Shown here: in pieces, positions 49,810 through 58,200 of the stretch | Layout of the letters: each line of letters starts with the position of its first letter | How positions within the stretch are numbered: position 1 is the stretch's first letter | Assembly: GCA_015256945.1 (NCBI GenBank) | Contig: JABZLB010000007.1 | Span: 19,732 to 83,731, forward strand | Direction: 5' to 3' | Source of the DNA: Prevotellaceae bacterium | Lineage (GTDB): Bacteria; Bacteroidota; Bacteroidia; Bacteroidales; Bacteroidaceae | Length of the DNA: 64,000 nt | Program-made: the position numbers and the translations under genes | The notes under the pieces: model-generated | Seen by the model: only the letters and a program-made list of their open reading frames with translations | What the model was told of the DNA's origin: nothing | The model's database searches: none

Positions 49810-49834
49810 GGTGAACTTTTGGTGAACTTTCTGA
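49810..49834 (+). repeat. Putative integrase arm-type site, left copy (GGTGAACTTTTGGTGAACTTTCTGA)
   Basis: An identical 25-bp sequence, itself a tandem GGTGAACTTT x2, recurs at 61458-61482 just inside attR. Confidence 0.55.
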
Positions 49835-49883
49835 ACGCAAAGTTACTTCATGCAATCAGATGAAATTCCTTTGTCCTTGTTGT

Positions 49884-51005
49884 TTACTCGATATGTAATT
49901 GTAGTTCTCTCACAAGCTGCCTTATAGCAGGATTATTTTTTATCATCTTTTCTAAGAATCCTTTCTTTAATTGGATAATAGGAAAGTAAAACCTTAATAG
50001 GTGTCGTAGTTCATGCTCTATCAATTCTCTAAATTCCCATTCACCTGAGCTCTCAAACCGATGTGACAAGTATTTCTGTGCCATCTTATCAAATCGATAG
50101 AAGTTTATGAGTAGGTTCGTCTTCCCTAATTTGCCAAAACACCAAATAAATTTACGAACATCATCAAGTGACAAGAAAGAGAAGAAATACTTTTCCCTGT
50201 ATTCCCAGAAAAAACTTTTCTCAAATGCTGTTAGTTCAGCCTTAGATAGTAGCAATTTTGCCAATGCTTGCTGGCATAATTCATCGGGAACATCACGATT
50301 TGTTTTTGCCATGATGTAGAGATACTCGTTATCTGTTAGTAATTCTCGCTTGACATTGTATGCTGGTAATTCTGCCAGTCTTAAGGCTACATGAAAATAG
50401 TCGTCTTGTGCTGTGATTTCGTCTACGTATTGCTTCACATATTGCATCGGGAAGTGCCTAACAATTAGTTTCGCACTCTCTACATTATGATTCTGTTGCC
50501 ATGTATTAATAATCAAATCATACCATTTGTATTTCTGTTTGTCGGGTAAATCAGCCACGATATTCCAGTGTGTTCCCAAAAAATAAGCAGCCCAACCCTG
50601 TTCCGTTCTAATTGATGAGTTAATAAGGAATTGTAGGACTTTAAGCTGTCCATTCCATCCTATGTAGGGGAGCATGCGGCAAAGGATACGCCTGCTATTA
50701 GAATATACTCCTCGCTTTCGTAGCTTTAGGTCATTAAAGTAAGTCTGCCAAGATTTGTAATGTACTACAGGTTTAGCTGGGGTGGGATTACAACGCCAGC
50801 AAATATAAGCAGCCACCTTAGAATGGCAAGATCTTATTTTCTCAGTATCCTTCTCTGAAAGGGTATCAACCATTGCCTTACAAATGACTAAATCGGCACT
50901 ATTAGGATTGGAGTGGCTATTGGCCAGCTTCAAAATAAAATCAATCTTATCCATAACATAGTTTTTCTGCAAAGTTAAATATTGATCTATGCCATAATGC
51001 TTCAT
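49884..51005 (-). CDS. Hypothetical protein (373 aa), IME cargo, divergent from the WYL cassette
   Basis: AT-rich, predicted largely alpha-helical, no recognisable catalytic motif. It is the first gene inside attL. Confidence 0.5.
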   Translation of the reverse strand: MKHYGIDQYLTLQKNYVMDKIDFILKLANSHSNPNSADLVICKAMVDTLSEKDTEKIRSCHSKVAAYICWRCNPTPAKPVVHYKSWQTYFNDLKLRKRGVYSNSRRILCRMLPYIGWNGQLKVLQFLINSSIRTEQGWAAYFLGTHWNIVADLPDKQKYKWYDLIINTWQQNHNVESAKLIVRHFPMQYVKQYVDEITAQDDYFHVALRLAELPAYNVKRELLTDNEYLYIMAKTNRDVPDELCQQALAKLLLSKAELTAFEKSFFWEYREKYFFSFLSLDDVRKFIWCFGKLGKTNLLINFYRFDKMAQKYLSHRFESSGEWEFRELIEHELRHLLRFYFPIIQLKKGFLEKMIKNNPAIRQLVRELQLHIE

Positions 51006-51091
51006 AGATATAATGAATTTATATTTTATTTATCTTATGACACGGTATTCCATAGGAAAATACTTATCTTTGCAACATACACCAATCTAAA

Positions 51092-51893
51092 AATGATAAG
51101 TATGGACAGAAGTATGCTGAATGAGATTATGGGAAGTCTTGATAACTACCCATGCGTTTGCGACTATCGTAATGTATTCGAAGAGTATTACGAAGCGTTT
51201 GCAGACTACATTCCTAGCGGTGAAGAAGACAAAGCATTGCTGATGTTGAAACGTAAATTGTTCCTTCCTCTTAATTTGTCTGATAATGCAAATGGTATTC
51301 TAATTGTCGGTGCTAATCCTTCATACAAAGATGGTGGTCGCGACGAGAATTTTATGAAAACAACAGATGAGCTGTACCATTCAGTAGAGAAGCACTGGAA
51401 GAAAATTTCAGAAATTGCATGCCTTGGAAACAATTATCAGGCTGCCTACCTCGATCTGTTTCCAATAAAGCAAACCAATCTGGGAGACTTTGAGAAGGTC
51501 TTTCGTGCGCATAACGATATAAGGGCTAAGCTGCTGCAAGTAACTCACAAGCGTATGCTAGCTACTCGGCCTATGGTCATTATCAACCTCTTTGCCATGA
51601 CCTCTTATTATTGGGGTTTTAAGGTAGACGCTCCAGACTACTGTAACGAGGATAATCCATGGATGGGTTATAAGTTCAAGAAGATAGATGGTGAAGGGCT
51701 GGATGCATACGAAATTGTTGGCTGGGTGGATAATGCAAAGTCCATTCTTCCTAACGATGAGACAGAAAGACTAGCAAAGGGAACCGTAATTGTATTTAGC
51801 ACGAAAGCATGGGATAAACAGGTGCGAAAAGAGAAAAAGGTTGATAAGAACAAACTGCAAAAGTTATTGCAAAATCTCAACATAGAGTTGTAG
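51092..51893 (+). CDS. Hypothetical protein (~267 aa from MISMDRS) with a possible UDG-superfamily-like motif A
   Basis: The motif GILIVGANPSYKDGG resembles MUG/SMUG motif A (VVFCGINPGLSS); no clear motif B. The ORF ends 3 nt before the WYL gene start. The ORF-track start at 50982 lies in the divergent promoter and is probably too long. Confidence 0.45.
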
Positions 51894-51896
51894 CTT

Positions 51897-52820
51897 ATGT
51901 CTCGCAAGAATGCAAACCTAATCGGTCGATATGTATGGTTGGTGGATCTTCTTCGCCGATATGGGCGACTGACCTTTCAACAAATCAGCGATAGATGGGA
52001 GGAAAGTGGGCTTAGTTATGGTGAACCCTTGGTATGGCGCACTTTCCAAAATCATCGTGATGCCATCTTCGATATTTTTGGCATCAGCATCGAATGTGAG
52101 CGAAAAGGGGACTATGCGTACTACATAGAGTACCCAGAAGTGTTGGAAAATGACCATTTACGTTCGTGGCTCATCAGCAGTTATGCTACGCTCAATCAAC
52201 TTCGGGCCGACGCTTCACTTGAAGGTCGCATTATCTATGAGCAGATTCCCTCGGGTGAGAAATGGCTCACTCTTTTCTGTCAAGCTATGCGAGAAAGTAA
52301 AAAGGTCCGCATAATGCATCGGGGATTTCAGAAATCTGAGCCAATTACTATAGCAATAGAGCCTTATTGTCTGAAAGTAGTGAAACGCAGATGGTATATT
52401 GTTGCTCGCAAGCTGACCGAGTCCAAGAATTACGCTTTCCGAATTTATGCTCTCGACCGCATCGTTGCGGCTACTATTACAGAAGAACCATTTAAGTATG
52501 ATAAGCGATTTGACATCAACAAATTCTTCGAGGGTTGTTGTGGTATAATGCTATCAGATGCACCTGTAGAGCGTGTCGTAGTGAAATCGTATTTTTATGG
52601 TCCAGACTATCTCCGTTCATTGCCACTCCACGCTTCGCAGAAAGAATTGCCCACCAATGACTCTTCATTTGCAATGTTCGAATATCATGTTAAGCCTACC
52701 TTTGATTTTTACTTAAACTTGTTAGGTCAGGCCGACCAATTGGAGGTTATTTCCCCTAAACATGTACGTGAGGAGATGGCTAATCTTGTAAAACACATGG
52801 CTTCTTATTATGGAGATTAA
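51897..52820 (+). CDS. WYL-domain transcriptional regulator (HTH-WYL-WCX; BrxR/CapW-like)
   Basis: N-terminal wHTH (RYVWLVDLLRRYGRLTFQQISDRWEE), central WYL domain (RRWYIVARKL...FRIYALDRIVAA), C-terminal extension. Confidence 0.7.
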   Translation: MSRKNANLIGRYVWLVDLLRRYGRLTFQQISDRWEESGLSYGEPLVWRTFQNHRDAIFDIFGISIECERKGDYAYYIEYPEVLENDHLRSWLISSYATLNQLRADASLEGRIIYEQIPSGEKWLTLFCQAMRESKKVRIMHRGFQKSEPITIAIEPYCLKVVKRRWYIVARKLTESKNYAFRIYALDRIVAATITEEPFKYDKRFDINKFFEGCCGIMLSDAPVERVVVKSYFYGPDYLRSLPLHASQKELPTNDSSFAMFEYHVKPTFDFYLNLLGQADQLEVISPKHVREEMANLVKHMASYYGD

Positions 52821-52924
52821 TATTGCTGAAAAGGATAGATACTTGCTTGTGGGCCGTAATCTATCCTTTTTTAGCTTCATTTATTGATGGTTGTAAATAG
52901 GATATGATGAACATTTTTGAATTT

Positions 52925-54352
52925 CTATCTTCTGAACCTTGGCCTATTCCTTACCTCTTCTTGCTGCTTCTGCTTTTTTTCTAGTCTATCTTGATACCAA
53001 CTGAAGTTATCCATCACGTTCTTTATTTCTGTCTTACCTTTCTCGTGTTCAAACAGATTGAGGAAGGGACGAGTGAAGGTGATGAGGAAGTTGGTACCAC
53101 TGCGGCGATCGTGCGATTCGATGGTGAGGAAATCGTTGACGGCAGAGGCCTGAGGGAAGGTAAAGCACTGTGCCTTGGTGTCGCGGGCAAACTGAATCAC
53201 GGCTTTGATGGCGTTTTGCCAAATGGCGGTGAACTGACTAAGGAAATCGGCAAGACCCGCTTTCATCGTCTCAATAGTTTGGTCACGCTGCTGTAATTCC
53301 TGTTTGAGATTCTCTTCCCGATTCTTTGACTTGGTGAGCAATCCCTTGTAAATGCACTCTTGCTTGTTGCATTCTTCCAGCCAAAAGTCTGCTCGCTCCT
53401 GTTCCTTAGCGATCTCTTCCTTATAGGTGGCTGTCAGACTCTCCACCTGCCGAGCAACTACTTGCGGGATTGCTGCCACCTGCTTCTTCATCTCTATATT
53501 CTCAGCTTCAAGCTGTGCATACTTACCCTTACCAGCAAGATTAGCAAGACCCGACAGGATGGCGTTGCCATTCTCACGGTCTGCCCTTTGTTGCTTCTGC
53601 TTAATCTCCTTGTCAAGAGCTTCGCTCTGTTGGGCCTTTGCTTCATTCTCCTTTTCCAGTTCGATTTTCTTTGCCTTTGCTTCCTCCATCTCTCGCTTCT
53701 GTTTCGCCACGATGTAGTCGTTACGTTCAAGATGCTGTTTGCCTGTTTCCATCTTCGAGTCTCCACGTTCCATCCCAAGAACCTCCGCTACCATGTCCTG
53801 CATTTCGCTGATGTCGTCACTGTTGAGTTTGTAGGATTTTCCTGTATTATGATTCATCCAGTCCCAGATGATATGGGCATGATAGTTGGACTTCCATGAG
53901 GAAGTATCATCGGGGGCTGCAAAATGTCCTTCATCATTATGAATATGTATCTGCAAGACGGTGATACCGAACCTTGACTGACACAGGGAAGCAAAGTGCT
54001 GTAGCTCCTCCATTGTGGTGTCCTGCTTGCAGACAATCACACCCTCACGCAATGGAGTGCAGCCTGCTATCTTCGTAATTTTCCCAGTCTTCTTATTGAC
54101 CTTTTCACGTTCCTTTGTCTGCATCGCTCTGCCAGTCTTTTCCTTTACCATCTTGCCGATGTTGTCATAATACTGTTGCAGGGAAAGTTCCTGCTGTTGG
54201 TCGGCTATCCACGACTGATTACAGGAAGTCAGGTCTTCCCTGATGTAAAGTTTGTCTGCATTGATATGAGCAAGATACTCCTTTGCTCTCTTATTGTGAG
54301 CCTCACTCTGCCCGATGTTGCATGGTTTGATATGTATAGAAGTCTTTGCCAT
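52925..54352 (-). CDS. Mobilization relaxase (MobV/Mob_Pre-like) with C-terminal coiled coil
   Basis: Begins MAKTSIHIKPCNIGQSEAHNKR. It has the HxH-type motif NYHAHIIWDW and a long E/K/Q-rich coiled-coil C-terminus. The start is taken at MAKTS. Confidence 0.65.
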   Translation of the reverse strand: MAKTSIHIKPCNIGQSEAHNKRAKEYLAHINADKLYIREDLTSCNQSWIADQQQELSLQQYYDNIGKMVKEKTGRAMQTKEREKVNKKTGKITKIAGCTPLREGVIVCKQDTTMEELQHFASLCQSRFGITVLQIHIHNDEGHFAAPDDTSSWKSNYHAHIIWDWMNHNTGKSYKLNSDDISEMQDMVAEVLGMERGDSKMETGKQHLERNDYIVAKQKREMEEAKAKKIELEKENEAKAQQSEALDKEIKQKQQRADRENGNAILSGLANLAGKGKYAQLEAENIEMKKQVAAIPQVVARQVESLTATYKEEIAKEQERADFWLEECNKQECIYKGLLTKSKNREENLKQELQQRDQTIETMKAGLADFLSQFTAIWQNAIKAVIQFARDTKAQCFTFPQASAVNDFLTIESHDRRSGTNFLITFTRPFLNLFEHEKGKTEIKNVMDNFSWYQDRLEKKQKQQEEVRNRPRFRR

Positions 54353-54412
54353 AATTAAAATCATTAATTCATTCGATAATACAATAATATTATAATCTCT
54401 TATTATTCTCAT

Positions 54413-54641
54413 AAAGGTTCTTAGGGATAAGCCCTAAGCGGAGAGTCCAGAGAGAGGGTCACGCTCTGGTCAGGGGTCTTGGGGCAGATGCCCATAAGTG
54501 GAGGGTGCAGGGAGAGAGTCACTCCCGCCGGTTCTCCAAGGCAGCGCCTTGGGCCCACAACTACGAAAGGCTTTAGCCGTGTAGTTATAGTGGGCTATAA
54601 CAAGGGCAGAGCCCTGTTCGTTCACCCCAACCCTTCAGCGA
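54413..54641. promoter_or_regulatory. Candidate oriT / mob promoter region
   Basis: GC-rich, immediately upstream of the relaxase. It holds two ~38-bp imperfect direct repeats (~54425-54465 and ~54485-54525) and inverted repeats GTTATAG-TGGG-CTATAAC and GGGC-AGA-GCCC (~54584-54614). Confidence 0.4.
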
Positions 54642-55322
54642 TTATGGACTTCCCCGGCACTTGATTTTATCAATGAGGTATTCGTTAATGTCACGCTTAA
54701 TGAAGCCGTTGTCCACTTTGAACTGGTCGCCAAAGTGCTCGTTCCAATAATCATAAGCCATACTATCAGGGAAAAGTATTACACGTTTACCTCGAAGCCT
54801 GTTCATCATTCGGTCGGTAAGCAGATAACTATTACCTACAGCTATCCAGTCTAGTGATGGCTCTGCAAGCGTTCCCAGTAAAGCAGTCTTTTCCTCCATG
54901 ACTACAGCTATGGGGTTACTAGAAAGCAGGTGCTCGCCAAAGAACACCTCCCAGTCTGTATAATAGTCGAAGCAATACCACGAATAAAGATGGTCCGTAA
55001 TAGGGTCTTTACGGAGAATGCTGCCGTTATCTACATCAAAGTATATTACTTCACCGCCAACAACCTTTCCGCTTTCATTGATACGGGGTAATACTGATCC
55101 GTAATGTCCGTTGATAACAGTGCTCACTGCCCCTAAGTGGAATCGTGAGATCAGATCGTCAATCTTTCGCATCATAGAGGCATCATAGTTCACCAGCTTG
55201 TCGAGATAATCCGTCAGGGAAGAGTGATGCAGGCTAATATCCGACTTGGGTATTTCGATGAGTAACCGTTCATACACTGGCGCCTTTGTTGCCATTATAC
55301 GCTTTAATTCGTCCTGTTCCAT
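54642..55322 (-). CDS. Hypothetical protein (226 aa), possibly a Toprim-like/primase accessory domain
   Basis: Position between the AAA/HTH gene and the mob/oriT region. It has a weak Toprim-like acidic patch (VILFPDSMAYDYW). Confidence 0.35.
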   Translation of the reverse strand: MEQDELKRIMATKAPVYERLLIEIPKSDISLHHSSLTDYLDKLVNYDASMMRKIDDLISRFHLGAVSTVINGHYGSVLPRINESGKVVGGEVIYFDVDNGSILRKDPITDHLYSWYCFDYYTDWEVFFGEHLLSSNPIAVVMEEKTALLGTLAEPSLDWIAVGNSYLLTDRMMNRLRGKRVILFPDSMAYDYWNEHFGDQFKVDNGFIKRDINEYLIDKIKCRGSP

Positions 55323-55393
55323 AATCTTCGTGATTTAGTTTTATGCAGTTTATGCACTTATGCATACTGCATAAAGTGAATAAAGTGCATAAA

Positions 55394-56368
55394 TCAGCTA
55401 TTCAACAGCCTTGAAACCTTACTTTGGGTGATGCCACACTCCTTGGCAATATCCTGCTGGCGCATGCCACGGGCAGAAAGTTCCTTGACTCTTTGCCTTA
55501 GTTCGTCTCGTTCATTGGTGGTCTCTGCACTCAGATGGGCAACTTCCGCATCATATCCCCGAAAGGTGAAACACAGATTACCCTCTGCATTTTTGCCTCG
55601 CTCGTAGAGAGCTACGTTATCAGAATCGAGAATCACCTCACCATTGCGCCATTTGCACTGCTTGACATAGACAAGCGATTTATCCTTTTGGGATTGCGCC
55701 AGCCCTACCGCATCATCTATGAGTTGATTCAGCTTGGCAGAGCCTTGGATGGCCGAAAGGGAAAGAGGAAGGGTACCTGAATACATCTTGGGCACATGAT
55801 TCAGTACAACCAGCGTCCAGTTATACTTCTTCTTTAGCCCATTGAGTGAAGCCATGAGTGAACCCGCATCGGCTCCTTTGTCGAGCGATTGACTAAGAGC
55901 CGTGATATTGTCGATAAATACTACCTCGGCTAAATTTGCCACCGCAGCCTGTTCTATGCCTTGCAGAACATTGTCGATAGGATTGTCCCTGTCCATTTCC
56001 GCACGAAAGAAGGTCGGAGGAAAGTTGGCTGACTCGTAGCGCAAGCACAACTGGCGCAGCGTCATCTCAAAGTCAGCATAGAGCACTCGTTTCCCTTTGG
56101 CAGCAATTTCCCTTGCCACCTGCATGGCAAAGATGGTCTTGCCGATACCCGACTGTCCGAAGATGATGCACAGATCACCTTCGAGGACAATATTGGGATA
56201 GAGAACTATAAGGGGAGGAAGCGACAGCCCTTTGATCAGACAGTCGTTCATGGATGCCACATGAAAGCTACCTGCATCTACCGCCTCTTTTACTTGAAGC
56301 TGCTGAAATGAAGAAAGGATATAGTCTTCATCTGGTGGCTTGGGGATTGTTTTCACAAGTTCGTCCAT
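55394..56368 (-). CDS. AAA/RecA-like ATPase with a C-terminal HTH (replicative or primase-helicase loader-like protein of mobilizable elements)
   Basis: Walker A motif GQSGIGKT, Walker B motif VVFIDN. The C-terminal HTH is MRQQDIAKECGITQSKVSRLL. Confidence 0.6.
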   Translation of the reverse strand: MDELVKTIPKPPDEDYILSSFQQLQVKEAVDAGSFHVASMNDCLIKGLSLPPLIVLYPNIVLEGDLCIIFGQSGIGKTIFAMQVAREIAAKGKRVLYADFEMTLRQLCLRYESANFPPTFFRAEMDRDNPIDNVLQGIEQAAVANLAEVVFIDNITALSQSLDKGADAGSLMASLNGLKKKYNWTLVVLNHVPKMYSGTLPLSLSAIQGSAKLNQLIDDAVGLAQSQKDKSLVYVKQCKWRNGEVILDSDNVALYERGKNAEGNLCFTFRGYDAEVAHLSAETTNERDELRQRVKELSARGMRQQDIAKECGITQSKVSRLLNS

Positions 56369-56379
56369 ATTGCTCCACC

Positions 56380-56676
56380 TTATATATTAGTATTGCTCAT
56401 GGATGAGCCTTGCGTGATGAGCGCATCCACCTCCTCCTTGGAATAGAGGTTGCGACGTCCAATCTTATGCACATGAACCTCACCACGCTTCTCCATACGC
56501 CAGAGCGTAGTATAAGTGATGTGCAGGCGTGCGCAAAGCTCGTCACGGGTTAAATACTCGACATCGTCCTTTGGTTTCTGTCCTGTCAGAAGGTTCTTGC
56601 CAACCATAGCCTCTAATACTTCTGCAATCGCCTCCTTGAGATCGTCTTTTTGCAGCATGATAAAATTTCCTTGCAT
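56380..56676 (-). CDS. Small HTH DNA-binding protein (excisionase/MerR-like)
   Basis: 98 aa. The motif LTRDELCARLHITYTTLWRMEKRG is typical of Xis/AlpA-type HTH proteins. Confidence 0.5.
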   Translation of the reverse strand: MQGNFIMLQKDDLKEAIAEVLEAMVGKNLLTGQKPKDDVEYLTRDELCARLHITYTTLWRMEKRGEVHVHKIGRRNLYSKEEVDALITQGSSMSNTNI

Positions 56677-56913
56677 ATCGTGAATGTTTAAAATGATGCC
56701 GCAAAAGTATCATGGAATTACATGGAATTATGCCCACATGGTACCCACATGGGTACTATATGGATATGGAAGAGAAATAAAAATGCCCATGCAAGCAAAG
56801 GCTCACATGGGCTTATTAAATTTTTGTGTGTTTGGATAGTTTAGCTTATATTTTATAAGTTGGGATACAAAAAAGGAGTTTCAAAACACCTCCTCTCTGC
56901 ATTTTACTGCACT

Positions 56914-57141
56914 TTACTTCTTTCCTTTATATAACCTCTTCATCCATAGGAACTCTAAAACGTAAATAAGTATTCCCCAACATAGATAAAATCCGCCTTC
57001 GTAAGACATTGTCGATAAGGCATCCATCCATAACATACTATATAAAGTTAACACAAGAATACTACCTAAAACGAATAGTATGTTCTTATGGAAGTCTGGG
57101 TTGTAAGTGAGAAATACCAAGATGAAGCCTCCACTATACAA
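56914..57141 (-). CDS. Small 2-TM membrane protein (75 aa), hypothetical
   Basis: Two hydrophobic helices; no homology recognised. Confidence 0.3.
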   Translation of the reverse strand: MYSGGFILVFLTYNPDFHKNILFVLGSILVLTLYSMLWMDALSTMSYEGGFYLCWGILIYVLEFLWMKRLYKGKK

Positions 57142-57339
57142 GGCCTCACTAAAACTATATATAGCAGGCCACTTGCGAAATCGTCCTTAGTTCTAAAGTT
57201 TGCCTCGATTATCTCTACAACAACTAGGTATATAATGGCAAAAAAATGATGGAAATAATTTTCTTAATGTTGTTCATTACGTAATATTCTATATAATCTT
57301 GCCATTGGCAAATATATTAATTAGAATCTAAGGTAAAAG

Positions 57340-58170
57340 CTACTTGAAAATTGACTCTACGACTTCATGTCCTGAAGGTAGTTTGCCAGTCTTGTTTGTA
57401 TAGGTGTTTTTGCAGGTCGCAAGTCCGGAAACATCAAATAAGGTTTCAAAGGGCTTCCAATATGTTTTCTTCTTTCCGTCTTGCTCTGCCTGTGAAAGAT
57501 TCAGATATTCGCTGGCACAGTCGGCAAAGTAAGCAAGAAGAAACTTGGACTTTTGCCAATGGTATTCCTTATCGCACAGGCCTAAGCCAATAGCTTTGCT
57601 AATAATTTGCTGAGCTTCTTTTGATTGAAGCTCGACAGGCATTTGCTTTTCTTCATTTTTCGGTATATTTGGAGTATTCGTAACCTGTATGTCTGTGCCA
57701 AAGAAGTGGTTCCAGCCTTCCTGTGTCTTGATGCCGTTCTGTATGCTCGTCTTAATCAACTGCTCTTTTAAATCAGTAAAGCTGTTCTGTTCCAACCGTT
57801 CCTTAGCTTCCTCCGCCTTTATAACAATCTTCGATACAAGCGTTTCATACAAGTTGCCACAGACAAGCCAATACGATAGAGTGTTCTTTATTCTGCCATA
57901 TCGAAAGAAATTCATGTTGCCCTCATGCAGCAAAAATACCATCGCACCAACAATGGTATCTCCAACTCTCGTGTAATTGTTAGAAAACAATATCGGGAAA
58001 TCGTGCTGACTTACTATATTTTCTGACCCGTTTGACTTTGAAGTATAGGCATATAGATGCATAACCCCTTCAAAGCTCTGCTTCTTTAGGTCGTTGATGA
58101 TACGGTCTGCTGCTATCTTGTTGGCTTGATACCAAGCCTCTGCGGATTCTTTATCTAAGTCTTTGCCCAT
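57340..58170 (-). CDS. Hypothetical protein (276 aa), IME cargo immediately downstream of abiEii
   Basis: No signal peptide and no motif recognised. It lies 30 bp downstream of the AbiEii gene on the same strand. Confidence 0.45.
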   Translation of the reverse strand: MGKDLDKESAEAWYQANKIAADRIINDLKKQSFEGVMHLYAYTSKSNGSENIVSQHDFPILFSNNYTRVGDTIVGAMVFLLHEGNMNFFRYGRIKNTLSYWLVCGNLYETLVSKIVIKAEEAKERLEQNSFTDLKEQLIKTSIQNGIKTQEGWNHFFGTDIQVTNTPNIPKNEEKQMPVELQSKEAQQIISKAIGLGLCDKEYHWQKSKFLLAYFADCASEYLNLSQAEQDGKKKTYWKPFETLFDVSGLATCKNTYTNKTGKLPSGHEVVESIFK

Positions 58171-58200
58171 TGCATCCTGTTTATTTGTTTATATAGTTTC

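Noticed and set aside
50982-51091. Extended N-terminus (from 50982) of the 267-aa WYL-linked ORF
   Set aside because: The first ~36 codons overlap the divergent promoter and the start of the 373-aa gene. The first plausible start with a clean upstream region is MISMDRS at ~51092.
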